Source: Candidatus Rokuibacteriota bacterium (GTDB lineage Bacteria; Methylomirabilota; Methylomirabilia; Rokubacteriales; CSP1-6). From it: DNA of 50,183 bases. The translations under genes were made by a program, and so were the position numbers. The stretch is taken from positions 1-50,183 of the forward strand of contig QHSM01000014.1 of assembly GCA_003221595.1 (NCBI GenBank). Direction: 5' to 3'. The notes under the pieces are model-generated. The model ran no database searches and was not told the DNA's origin. It was given only the letters and a program-made list of their open reading frames with translations. This document shows positions 1 to 8,132 of the stretch, piece by piece (the stretch's first letter is position 1; every line of letters starts with the position of its first letter).

Positions 1-1005
1 TTCTACGTCGGCATGACGCGCGCGCGGCGCGAGCTGTTCCTCACGAACGCGGGGGACTACGGCGGCAGCCGTCAGCGCAAGACGAGCCTGTTCGTGCTGG
101 AGGCCCTCGATCTACCCCGGGATGCGAGCCGGCCGTTCAAGATCCGCCCCGTCGAGGAGATCGAGCACCACGCCCCGCCGGCCGAGGTCGACGATCCGGT
201 ACTGCAGCCGCTGCCGCCGGATGCGGAGCTGAACCTCAGCCACAAGCAGATCGACGACTATCAGACCTGTCCGCTCAAGTACTTCAACGTCCACGTCCGG
301 CGCATTCCCATCCGGCGCCATCACGCGGTCGCCTACGGCGCCGTCATGCACAAGGTCGTCGAGTACTACCTGCGCCGCCGGGTCGTCGGGAACTACACGC
401 CGCTCGACGATCTGCTGGCCGTGTATGACCGCGCGTGGGCGGGTGAGGACATCATCCACGATCGCCCCGGCAGCCACGAGCCGGCCGAAGGCTTCCTGAC
501 CCGCGAGCACGAGGAGGCGCGCAAGGCGGCCGGCCGCGAGGCGCTCCGGCGCTTCTGGAATCACGAGGAGGCCGAGGGTACCAAGCCGAGCTGGGTGGAA
601 AAAGAATTCGGCTTTGCGCTCGGCGCCGACCGGGTTCGCGGACGATACGACCGCGTGGACGAAGACCTCCTGGGCGCGATCATCGTCGACTACAAGACGA
701 CCGAGATCACGCGGCAGAAGGACGCCGACCGCCGCGTGGCGGAGAGCCTCCAGCTCAAGATGTACGCGCTGGCCTGGCGGGAGATGACGGGCACGCTGCC
801 ACAGCGGCTCGAGCTGCGCTTCATCGACTCGAACGTCGTGGGCCGCCACACGCCGACCGCGAGCGACCTCGAGAAGGCGGCCGACGCCGTCAAGAGGGCC
901 GCCGCCGGTATCCGCGCGCGGCGCTTCGACGCCACGCCGTCGTGGGGCGCCTGCCGTAGCTGCGCCTACAACCAGATCTGCCCGTTCACCGCCACGAGGG
1001 ATTGA
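1..1005 (+). CDS. C-terminal part of a UvrD/AddA-type helicase fused to a RecB/Cas4-like PD-(D/E)XK nuclease domain with a Cys4 Fe-S motif (5' end lies outside the window)
   Basis: Frame 1 is open from nt 1 (FYVGMTRAR resembles helicase motif VI, VGxTRA). Nuclease motifs RVD...IVDYK and QLKMYALAW are present. One Cys in QTCPLKY plus C-terminal CRSCAYNQIC (C-x2-C-x5-C) matches AddB/Cas4 nucleases. Stop TGA at 1003-1005. Confidence 0.8.
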   Translation, partial: FYVGMTRARRELFLTNAGDYGGSRQRKTSLFVLEALDLPRDASRPFKIRPVEEIEHHAPPAEVDDPVLQPLPPDAELNLSHKQIDDYQTCPLKYFNVHVRRIPIRRHHAVAYGAVMHKVVEYYLRRRVVGNYTPLDDLLAVYDRAWAGEDIIHDRPGSHEPAEGFLTREHEEARKAAGREALRRFWNHEEAEGTKPSWVEKEFGFALGADRVRGRYDRVDEDLLGAIIVDYKTTEITRQKDADRRVAESLQLKMYALAWREMTGTLPQRLELRFIDSNVVGRHTPTASDLEKAADAVKRAAAGIRARRFDATPSWGACRSCAYNQICPFTATRD

Positions 1006-1805
1006 GAGCCGTGAGCCGCCACGCCGGGCCGCCGCGCAGCGGCGAATCGCCGACGATCCCCGAGCCCACCTACGCCGAGCGCGCGCGGACGCTCGCGTAC
1101 CTCGGGCGCAGCGGCGCGCTCGCCACTCTCTCGCGCAAGCACTCGGGTCACCCCTTCGCGTCGGTCATGCTCTACGCCCTCGACGCGCACGGCCAGCCGC
1201 TCCTTCTGATCAGCGCGATGGCGATGCACACCCAGAACCTCCAGGCTGATTCTCGGGCGAGCCTGCTCGTCACGCAGCCGGTCCCTCAGGGTGAGGAGCC
1301 GGGCGATCCGCTGGCCGCCGCGCGGCTCACGCTGATGGGCGAGGGGCGCGTGCTGTCAGGTGGCGAGGTCGCGGCGGCGCGCGAGGCCTATCTGGCCCGT
1401 CACGCGCGGGCCGCCTACTGGGTCGACTTCGACGACTTCAGCTTCTGGCGGCTCGACGTGGCCGACGTCTACTTCGTCGGCGGGTTCGCCGCGATGGACT
1501 GGGTGACCGCAGCCGCCTATCGCGAGGCGCGGCCGGATCCTCTGGCCGACGCCGCTACCGGCATTCTCGACCACATGAACCGCGATCACGCCGACGCGCT
1601 GATCGCCTACGCCCGCCACTTCGCCGGTGAAGTGGCCGACGAGGCGACGATGACCGCCGTCGATCGGCTGGGATTCCGGCTGCGGATCCGCAGCGGCGAA
1701 CGGCTGCACGGCGTGCGGATCGCGTTTCCCCGCGAAGTGACGACGGCCGCCGACAGCCGCTCCGTCCTGATCGAGATGCTGGCTCAGGCCCGCGCCGCCA
1801 CCTAG
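1002..1805 (+). CDS. HugZ-like heme-utilisation family protein (PNPOx-like split barrel plus DUF2470-like C-terminal domain)
   Basis: 267-aa ORF. GALATLSRKHSGHPFASVMLYALD...LLISAMAMHTQNL resembles the FMN-binding split barrel. C-terminal ILDHMNRDHADALIAYARH resembles DUF2470. The start (TTG 1002 or GTG 1011) overlaps or abuts the upstream stop. Confidence 0.7.
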   Translation: MRAVSRHAGPPRSGESPTIPEPTYAERARTLAYLGRSGALATLSRKHSGHPFASVMLYALDAHGQPLLLISAMAMHTQNLQADSRASLLVTQPVPQGEEPGDPLAAARLTLMGEGRVLSGGEVAAAREAYLARHARAAYWVDFDDFSFWRLDVADVYFVGGFAAMDWVTAAAYREARPDPLADAATGILDHMNRDHADALIAYARHFAGEVADEATMTAVDRLGFRLRIRSGERLHGVRIAFPREVTTAADSRSVLIEMLAQARAAT

Positions 1806-1842
1806 CGTCGCGTATCCGGCGGGTTCAGTGCCAGGCGCTCGC

Positions 1843-1871
1843 TTGACACGAGCCGCCGAGCCGAATACGTT
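1843..1871 (+). promoter_or_regulatory. Candidate sigma-70 promoter (TTGACA-N17-TACGTT) upstream of the ethD-like gene
   Basis: TTGACA at 1843-1848, a 17-nt spacer, then TACGTT at 1866-1871, in the 126-bp gap before ATG 1932. Pattern match only. Confidence 0.3.
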
Positions 1872-1931
1872 GAGCGGCGCCGGCGCGTCCTCTCCCAGCG
1901 CCCCGGCGAGCCAGGAACGCAGGAGGTCGTC

Positions 1932-2246
1932 ATGGTCCGTATTTCCGTCATGTACGCGACGTCGGAAGGCAAGAAGTTCGACCACGACTACTACGTCAGT
2001 CGCCACATGAAGCTCGTGCGCGAGCGCCTGAACAGCTTCGGGCTCGTCCGCACCGAGGTGGACAAGGGTCTGGGCGGCGGGGCACCCGGCGCACCGGCAC
2101 CGTACGTGGCGATCGGGCACGTCTACTTCAACACGCTCAGCGACTTCCAGAAGGGGATGGGCCAGCACGGCAAGGAGCTCATGGGCGACGTCCCCAACTT
2201 CACCAACATCCAACCGCAGGTTCAGATCAGCGAGATCATCGGGTAA
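1932..2246 (+). CDS. EthD-domain family protein
   Basis: 104-aa ORF MVRISVMYATSEGKKFDHDYYVSRHMKLV... Size and sequence pattern are typical of EthD/TIGR02118-like proteins. AGGAGG lies 5 nt upstream of the ATG. Confidence 0.75.
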   Translation: MVRISVMYATSEGKKFDHDYYVSRHMKLVRERLNSFGLVRTEVDKGLGGGAPGAPAPYVAIGHVYFNTLSDFQKGMGQHGKELMGDVPNFTNIQPQVQISEIIG

Positions 2247-2251
2247 GCCAT

Positions 2252-3739
2252 ATGACCTACGACGTCATCGTCATCGGCGGCGGTAATGCGGCGATGTGCG
2301 CCGCGCACTCGGCGCAGGAGCACGGCGCGCGCGTGCTCGTGCTCGAGAAGGCGCCGGAAGCCTGGCGCGGCGGTAACGGGTTCTTCACCGCGGGCGGATT
2401 CCGGTTCGCCTTCAAGAGCTTCGAGGAGCTGTGCGACCTGGTCGGCGACCTCTCCGACGAGGAGAAGGCCTCGATGGAGGTCGACCCGTACACGGAGGAG
2501 CAGTTCTACGACGACCTCATGCGGGTCACCGAAGAGTGCTCCGATCCCGACATGGCGATGCAGCTCGTCCGCGAGTCGCTGCCGACGGTGCGCTGGATGC
2601 GCGATCGGGGGATCCGCTGGATCCCCATGTTCGGCCGGCAGGCCTACAAGGTCGGTGGGAAGTTCCGCTTCTGGGGCGGTCTCATCCTGGAAGCGGTCGG
2701 CGGCGGCCCCGGGCTCATCGACATGCACTACCAGGCGGCGACGAAGAACGGCATCGAGGTACGGTTCGAGACGAAGGCGACTCGACTGGTGACCGACGAC
2801 CGCGGCGCCATCACCGGTGTCGTGGTGCGGACGCCGGCCGGCACCGAGACGATCGACACCGGCGCCGTCGTGCTCGCCTCCGGCGGCTTCGAGGCGAATC
2901 CCGAGATGCGCACGCGCTATCTCGGGCCCAACTGGGAGCTGGCGCGGGTCCGCGGCACTCCCTACAACACCGGCGACGGCATCCGCATGGCGCTCGAGAT
3001 CGGCGCGCTGCCCTGGGGCCACTGGAGCGGCTGTCACTCCGTGCAGTGGGATCTGAACGCGCCGTGGCACGGCGACCGGAAGGTGGGCGACAACTTCCAG
3101 AAGCACTCCTATCCGCTCGGGCTCATCGTCAACCTCAAGGGTGAGCGCTTCGTCGACGAGGGCGCCGACTTCCGCAACTACACCTACGTGAAGTACGGGC
3201 GCGCCGTCATCGGGCAGCCGCGGCGGACCGCGTTCCAGGTCTTCGACCAGAAGGTCCTGCACAACCTGCGCGAGGAGTACCGGATCCGCGAGGTCACCAA
3301 GGCCGAGGACATGACGCTCGAGGGGCTGGCGCGAAGGCTCGAGATCGACGTCGACGGGTTCGTCGCGACGATTCGCGCCTACAACGCGTCACTCAAGACC
3401 GGCGAGTACAACCCGGCAGTCAAGGACGGCAAGGCGACGCACGGGATCACGCCGCCCAAGTCGAACTGGGCGCTGCCGCTCGATACGCCGCCGTACGTGG
3501 GCTTTGCCGTGACGACGGGCATCACGTTCACCTTCGGCGGCCTCAAGATCACGGCGGACGGTCAGGTCATCGACTGCGAGCAGCGTCCGATCCCCGGGCT
3601 CTTCGCCGCCGGCGAGCTGGTGGGCGGGCTCTTCTATCACAACTATCCTGGAGGCGCGGGACTCATGGCGGGCGCCGTCTTCGGGCGGGTCGCGGGCCGG
3701 TCGGCCGCCGCCGCGGGCCGGAAGGGGTCGAAGCGCTAG
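2252..3739 (+). CDS. FAD-dependent oxidoreductase, tricarballylate dehydrogenase (TcuA)/fumarate-reductase-flavoprotein-like
   Basis: 495 aa. Dinucleotide fold YDVIVIGGGNAAMCAA...VLVLEKA, RGGNG motif, C-terminal GLFAAGELVGG. No TcuB/TcuC-like genes are adjacent. Confidence 0.8.
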   Translation: MTYDVIVIGGGNAAMCAAHSAQEHGARVLVLEKAPEAWRGGNGFFTAGGFRFAFKSFEELCDLVGDLSDEEKASMEVDPYTEEQFYDDLMRVTEECSDPDMAMQLVRESLPTVRWMRDRGIRWIPMFGRQAYKVGGKFRFWGGLILEAVGGGPGLIDMHYQAATKNGIEVRFETKATRLVTDDRGAITGVVVRTPAGTETIDTGAVVLASGGFEANPEMRTRYLGPNWELARVRGTPYNTGDGIRMALEIGALPWGHWSGCHSVQWDLNAPWHGDRKVGDNFQKHSYPLGLIVNLKGERFVDEGADFRNYTYVKYGRAVIGQPRRTAFQVFDQKVLHNLREEYRIREVTKAEDMTLEGLARRLEIDVDGFVATIRAYNASLKTGEYNPAVKDGKATHGITPPKSNWALPLDTPPYVGFAVTTGITFTFGGLKITADGQVIDCEQRPIPGLFAAGELVGGLFYHNYPGGAGLMAGAVFGRVAGRSAAAAGRKGSKR

Positions 3740-5394
3740 AGCTCGCTCGCGGCCTCCGGATAGCGCGCCCGCATCGCGGCATAGACCGCGTCGAGGAACC
3801 ACTCCGGGAGTAGCACGCGATATCGGGCCAGGAAGCGCTCGAACTGGGCGTCGAGGACGTACGTGACGCCGTAGTCCTCCGCGTGGCGACACGAGCGGCC
3901 GTACGCCTGCACCAGCGCCTTCGCCGTCTCGAGCGCGTACCAGCGGGGATCGCGGGCCTGCCGGGCGGCCGTCCACGGATCGCCCAGGTCCGGGTAGGGC
4001 ATCTTCGTCACCACCTGGAAGCGGAGAAAGTCGTCCGGCAGATCCACGCCTTCCCGTAGCGACGGCGACACGAGCACCGTCGGCGCCGGCGACCTGCGGT
4101 GCAGCTCGAGAGCCCGCGCCTTCGCCCCGGCGGACTCGACCCAGATGATCCGGCGAGCCAGTGCCGGCCCGCGCGCGGTCAGATCGGCGACGAGCCGCCG
4201 GCCGGCGGCGTACGACGGCGCGTGAATCAGCCCTTTCTCGCGCGGGTGCTCGGCGAGGATCGCCGCGACCTCCGCGAACAGCGCCGGCTCCAGCCGGGCC
4301 AGCGTCGCCTTCGCGAGGGCGCCGACCGGGCGGTACTCGATCCGCCGCTGGGCGAGCGGAAACGGCGACTCGCTCGAGAACGAGCGGACGGCGGCCTCGT
4401 CGAGGCCCAGCGATTCGGCGAGCGCGCTCCGGTGGCCGAGGTAGGCCGACGAGAGCACCACCAGCTCCGCCGACTCGGTCAGGAGGTCGCGCGCCATCGA
4501 CGTCACCGTGAGCGGGACCAGCTCGAGCGTGGCGCCGGGCTCCGGCGGATACCGCACCACCCACTCGCGATCCTCGGCGTCCACGAAGAACCGGATCCGC
4601 GCCAGGGCGGCCTCGAGCGTCTCGCGCTCGGCCAGAAGCTCCTGTTCCGCCCGCGAGGGCGGCATGCTCAGGAAGTGCTCGGGTGAGACGAAGGCGGGCC
4701 GCAGCCCCTCGAGGGCGCGATCCAGCGATTCGAGCTGACCCTCCATGCGCTCGAGGTGGTCGCCTAACAGATTCCGATAGTCCTCGGCGTCATCGAGGCG
4801 CGGGAGCGGCCCGCCGAACCACGCCGCGCTCTCCGCGGGCGGAAAGGCGACCGTGAAGACGTTGACGAGCTGCCCCTCGAGCCCGTGCGCCTCGTCGACG
4901 ACGAGCAGGCGCCGCTTGCGGAGCTGCTCGGCGCGCCAGTACCTGAGCGTCGCGAAGTACGAGAGGTTGGTGCAGAACACCGGGCCGGCGAGCGCCGCGG
5001 CCTTCGCTCGCGCGTAGGGGCACTGACACGCGGGGCCGCGCGGCCGTCGGCACATGCCCCGCGAGGTCGGCACGGGCTCGTCCGGGTATCGCTCGCACCG
5101 ATAGTTATCGCGGCCCTTGACGAGCTGCAGGTCGGCGCCGAACTCCCGCTCGTACTGATCTTGCAGAAGCTTCTGGGACGTCAGCAGGTAGGCGTCGCCG
5201 CTCCAGTGGGCGAGCGCCATCGCGATGTGGCTCTTGCCGACTCCGGGGGGCGCCTCGACGACGAAGACGCGCGGCGCCGCCGGGTCGTCGAGCGATTCGG
5301 CGATGGCGTCGGCCAGCGATGCCAGGAGCCGCGCCTGCTCCCGGCGCGGCGTGAAACCGGGGTGAAAGTGCCCGAGCAGATCGACGCGATCCAT
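3736..5394 (-). CDS. Compact DinG/XPD(Rad3)-family Fe-S DNA helicase
   Basis: 552 aa. Walker A APPGVGKSH and DEAH box VVDEAHGLE. Four Cys lie between them (NYRCERY...GMCRRPRGPACQCPY), as in XPD/DinG 4Fe-4S domains. The C-terminal half is helicase_C_2-like. Confidence 0.8.
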   Translation of the reverse strand: MDRVDLLGHFHPGFTPRREQARLLASLADAIAESLDDPAAPRVFVVEAPPGVGKSHIAMALAHWSGDAYLLTSQKLLQDQYEREFGADLQLVKGRDNYRCERYPDEPVPTSRGMCRRPRGPACQCPYARAKAAALAGPVFCTNLSYFATLRYWRAEQLRKRRLLVVDEAHGLEGQLVNVFTVAFPPAESAAWFGGPLPRLDDAEDYRNLLGDHLERMEGQLESLDRALEGLRPAFVSPEHFLSMPPSRAEQELLAERETLEAALARIRFFVDAEDREWVVRYPPEPGATLELVPLTVTSMARDLLTESAELVVLSSAYLGHRSALAESLGLDEAAVRSFSSESPFPLAQRRIEYRPVGALAKATLARLEPALFAEVAAILAEHPREKGLIHAPSYAAGRRLVADLTARGPALARRIIWVESAGAKARALELHRRSPAPTVLVSPSLREGVDLPDDFLRFQVVTKMPYPDLGDPWTAARQARDPRWYALETAKALVQAYGRSCRHAEDYGVTYVLDAQFERFLARYRVLLPEWFLDAVYAAMRARYPEAASEL

Positions 5395-5435
5395 TACGCG
5401 TGCTGCGGCATGGTATCACGCTGGCTCTCACGGGT

Positions 5436-5861
5436 ATGATCGGGGGCGTGCCCGACCGGGCTCGCGTGCTCCTCGAGTTCTCTGCCGGAGGCGTTGTCCT
5501 CGACGCGCAGGGCCGCGTGCTGCTCATCCGCGCGCGCGACCTGCGTGGGCAGCCCGTGTGGACGCTGCCGAAGGGCGCGCTCACGAAGGGCGAGACGAGC
5601 GCCGACGCGGCGCTGCGCGAGGTGCGCGAGGAGACCGGCTATCGATGCGAGCTGGAGCGGGAGCTCCCCCCCGTGACCTACTGGTTTCGCCGCGACGGCC
5701 GTCAGGTGAAGAAGACGGTCCGCTGGTTCCTGATGCGGCCCCTCGAGAAGGCGGGCGACCACGATCACGAAGTCGACGAGGTCCTGTGGACCGACAAGGC
5801 GGACGCGCTCGCCCGCCTGCGCTATGATTCGGACCGGCGCCTGGTCGGCGCGGTCACCTGA
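5436..5861 (+). CDS. Nudix hydrolase
   Basis: Nudix box GALTKGETSADAALREVREETGY (GX5EX7REUXEEXGU). The start is uncertain (GTG 5400, ATG 5436 or GTG 5448). Divergent from the helicase gene. Confidence 0.85.
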   Translation: MIGGVPDRARVLLEFSAGGVVLDAQGRVLLIRARDLRGQPVWTLPKGALTKGETSADAALREVREETGYRCELERELPPVTYWFRRDGRQVKKTVRWFLMRPLEKAGDHDHEVDEVLWTDKADALARLRYDSDRRLVGAVT

Positions 5862-6131
5862 GAGTCCACCAAGTCCGGGCGCGACCGGGAATCGGAGGAC
5901 GACCAATGATCGCCGGCGCGATCGATATCAACGCGACCGCGCCCACGCCGGTCTGCCGAAGGGGACGATCACCGAATACGTCTTCCTGACACGCGCCGCC
6001 CCGAGCTTCGGCCTCAAGCCCGGCGACTTCCAGGTCGCGAACATCCCCGATCCGAAGGACATGGTTCCGAGTCTGATCGCGAAGGCGATCTGCTGGCTCG
6101 GGCGAAGGCGGCGCGCTAGCCGACGCACCGA

Positions 6132-6941
6132 CTACTGGGGAAACAGCCGCTCACCGTTCTTCCAGGCGATCGACTCGGCGACATCGCGGGGGAGCTGGCC
6201 GAGCCATACCTGCACGGCGCGGTGGTAGTCGCGAATGACCTCCCAGCGCGACGTCACCCAGGTGTCGGTGCCGACCAGGAAACGGTCGGGATACTTCACG
6301 AAGAGCGCGCGCCACTCCGGATCGAGCGTGCCGCCCGGCGCGACGTCGGTGCGCAGCGCGAGCTCGACCCATAGCTTCGGAAATCGCTCGAGGAGCTTCC
6401 CGACGGTGACCGCCGAGGACGACATGCCGGCGTGGGCCCACAGGAAGCGTACCTTCGGATAGAGCGTCAGCAGCCGCTCGATCGCGACGTCATCGACGTG
6501 CGCCTGCATGAACAGGTCGCGCTCGCCCGCCAGCTCGGCGATCCGTTTGACGGTGGGGCCGCTCGCGTCGGCCGCGCCCAGGTGAAATTCGCCGATGCCC
6601 CGGTAGATGCCGCGCTTCAAGCGTTCCTCGATGTACGCCCGTACCCCCGGGTCGCTGTGCCAGCTTCCCATGTCGTCGCGCGTGCGGTAGGGCCGGAGAA
6701 ACGGCACGATGCCCTTCGGAGCCTTCTCGTACAGCTTCAGCGTGCCATCGTCGGGCGTGCTCGAGACGATCGCCCGGCGCACGCCGGCGGCGGCGAGGAT
6801 CGAGAGCGCGCGCTCGGGCGTGTAGGTGTCCCAGTCCGGGCGGCTGTAGTGAATGTGCGCGTCGAAGATCGGAAACTGGGCGGCGGCCGGGACCGCCGCC
6901 CCGAGGACGGTCGCGAGCGCGAGCCACCGGAGTCGTTGCAT
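6132..6941 (-). CDS. Exported metal-dependent amidohydrolase (amidohydrolase_2/TIM-barrel family)
   Basis: 269 aa. Signal-like N-terminus MQRLRWLALATVLGAAVPAAAQ, then FDAHIHY (HxH metal motif), with later LWAHAG and GTD motifs. Confidence 0.75.
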   Translation of the reverse strand: MQRLRWLALATVLGAAVPAAAQFPIFDAHIHYSRPDWDTYTPERALSILAAAGVRRAIVSSTPDDGTLKLYEKAPKGIVPFLRPYRTRDDMGSWHSDPGVRAYIEERLKRGIYRGIGEFHLGAADASGPTVKRIAELAGERDLFMQAHVDDVAIERLLTLYPKVRFLWAHAGMSSSAVTVGKLLERFPKLWVELALRTDVAPGGTLDPEWRALFVKYPDRFLVGTDTWVTSRWEVIRDYHRAVQVWLGQLPRDVAESIAWKNGERLFPQ

Positions 6942-6953
6942 CCCGGGATCCTG

Positions 6954-7661
6954 TCACGCTGCGGACGACGGACGGCAGACGCGACAGGGCCGGTAGCCCA
7001 CGCCGGCCGCGTCCTCGATCGAGGCGAAGACCACCCGATTCGCCTCCCTCACCCGCTGCTCGTGCGCGCAGCCGCGCCGGCAGACGATCCGCGTGGACGT
7101 GCAGCCGATGATCGCCGGCGTCGAGCGCTCGAGCCGCAAGAGCTGGGTCTTCATCTCGCCGCCGAAGGCGTAGTGGCCCCACGTCCCGTCGCCGCGGATG
7201 ATGCGGTGGCAGGGGACGATCACCGGCACCGGATTGGCGCCGAGCGCGTTCCCGACCGCGCGCGCGGCGCGGGGATGACCCACCCGTCGGGCGAGCGCCG
7301 CGTACGAGTCGACTTCGCCGAACCGAATGCGACTGGCCTCCGCGAGCACGCGGGCCTGGAAGTCGTGCACGCCCGTGAGATCGACCGGCACCGTGAAGAA
7401 CGTCCGGTGACCGGCGAGATATTCGCGCAGCTCCCGCCCGGCGCGCTCGGCGTGCGCACGAGCCCGGGCGGACGGGCCGTGAAAGCCGCGCCCGGGGTGG
7501 AGACGCACGACGCCGCGGTCGGTCGCCTCGATCCTGAACTTCCCGGCCAGCCCTTCGAGGTCCACGCGCTCGGCCCGGAGAACGCGCAGCACTCGCGACG
7601 CGAGCGCCCGCGGCGCCTCGGGAGCGAAGAACTCCTCGAGCATCCGGTCGATTCGATCCAT
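6954..7661 (-). CDS. Methylated-DNA-protein-cysteine methyltransferase (MGMT/Ogt) with a C-terminal Ada-type Cys4 zinc module (inverted Ada architecture, no AraC HTH)
   Basis: 235 aa. MGMT active site IVPCHRIIRGDG preceded by GNALGANPVPV. The C-terminal 50 aa, TRIVCRRGCAHEQRVREANRVVFASIEDAAGVGYRPCRVCRP, gives C-x3-C-x27-C-x2-C. This closely parallels E. coli Ada N-domain FCRPSC...GFRPCKRC. The start lies 3 nt after the sigma-factor stop. Confidence 0.85.
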   Translation of the reverse strand: MDRIDRMLEEFFAPEAPRALASRVLRVLRAERVDLEGLAGKFRIEATDRGVVRLHPGRGFHGPSARARAHAERAGRELREYLAGHRTFFTVPVDLTGVHDFQARVLAEASRIRFGEVDSYAALARRVGHPRAARAVGNALGANPVPVIVPCHRIIRGDGTWGHYAFGGEMKTQLLRLERSTPAIIGCTSTRIVCRRGCAHEQRVREANRVVFASIEDAAGVGYRPCRVCRPSSAA

Positions 7662-7664
7662 GTC

Positions 7665-8123
7665 TCATTCCTCCAGTGCGTGCTTGAGGATCGCCTTGCC
7701 CCGGGCGAGCTGACTCTTGACCGTGTTGACCGAGATTCCCCTGATGGCCGCGAGCTCGCGATACGAGAGCCCGTTCACGTAATGGAGCGCCAGCAGCACG
7801 CGCGCCTCGCGGGGCACCGCGGCGAGCGCCCGCGCCAGGTCCGCCCGCTCGACCTGCGTTCCTGCGCGCCCGGGCGCAAGGGGCTCGGGCAGAACCCGGC
7901 GCCGTCGCCTCAGCTCATCGATGCAAACGTTCGTCAGCACGCGATAGAGCCACGTCGACAGGGCCCAGCGGGGCGCATAGGACTCTCGGGCCTCGAACGC
8001 TTTGAGCAGGGCCCTCTGGACCGCGTCCTCGGCGTCGGCGCGGTTGCCGAGAAGCCGGTACGCGACCGTGTAGAGCCGGGCCGCGTACTCCTCGCTCGCG
8101 CGGGCGAACGTACGGGCGTCCAT
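7665..8123 (-). CDS. ECF-type sigma-70 family RNA polymerase sigma factor
   Basis: 152 aa. Region 2: AEDAVQRALLKAFE...WLYRVLTNVCIDELRRRRR. Region 4 HTH: LSYRELAAIRGISVNTVKSQLARGKAIL. Confidence 0.9.
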   Translation of the reverse strand: MDARTFARASEEYAARLYTVAYRLLGNRADAEDAVQRALLKAFEARESYAPRWALSTWLYRVLTNVCIDELRRRRRVLPEPLAPGRAGTQVERADLARALAAVPREARVLLALHYVNGLSYRELAAIRGISVNTVKSQLARGKAILKHALEE

Positions 8124-8132
8124 TTCGAAGAG

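Noticed and set aside
1-5861. An anti-phage defence island built from the helicase-nuclease, the DinG-like helicase and the Nudix gene.
   Set aside because: The genes are separated by housekeeping-type genes (HugZ-like, EthD, flavoenzyme) and lie on different strands. No methyltransferase, ATPase/nuclease partner, TIR/SIR2, cyclase-effector or other defence hallmark is present. A DNA-repair interpretation is simpler.
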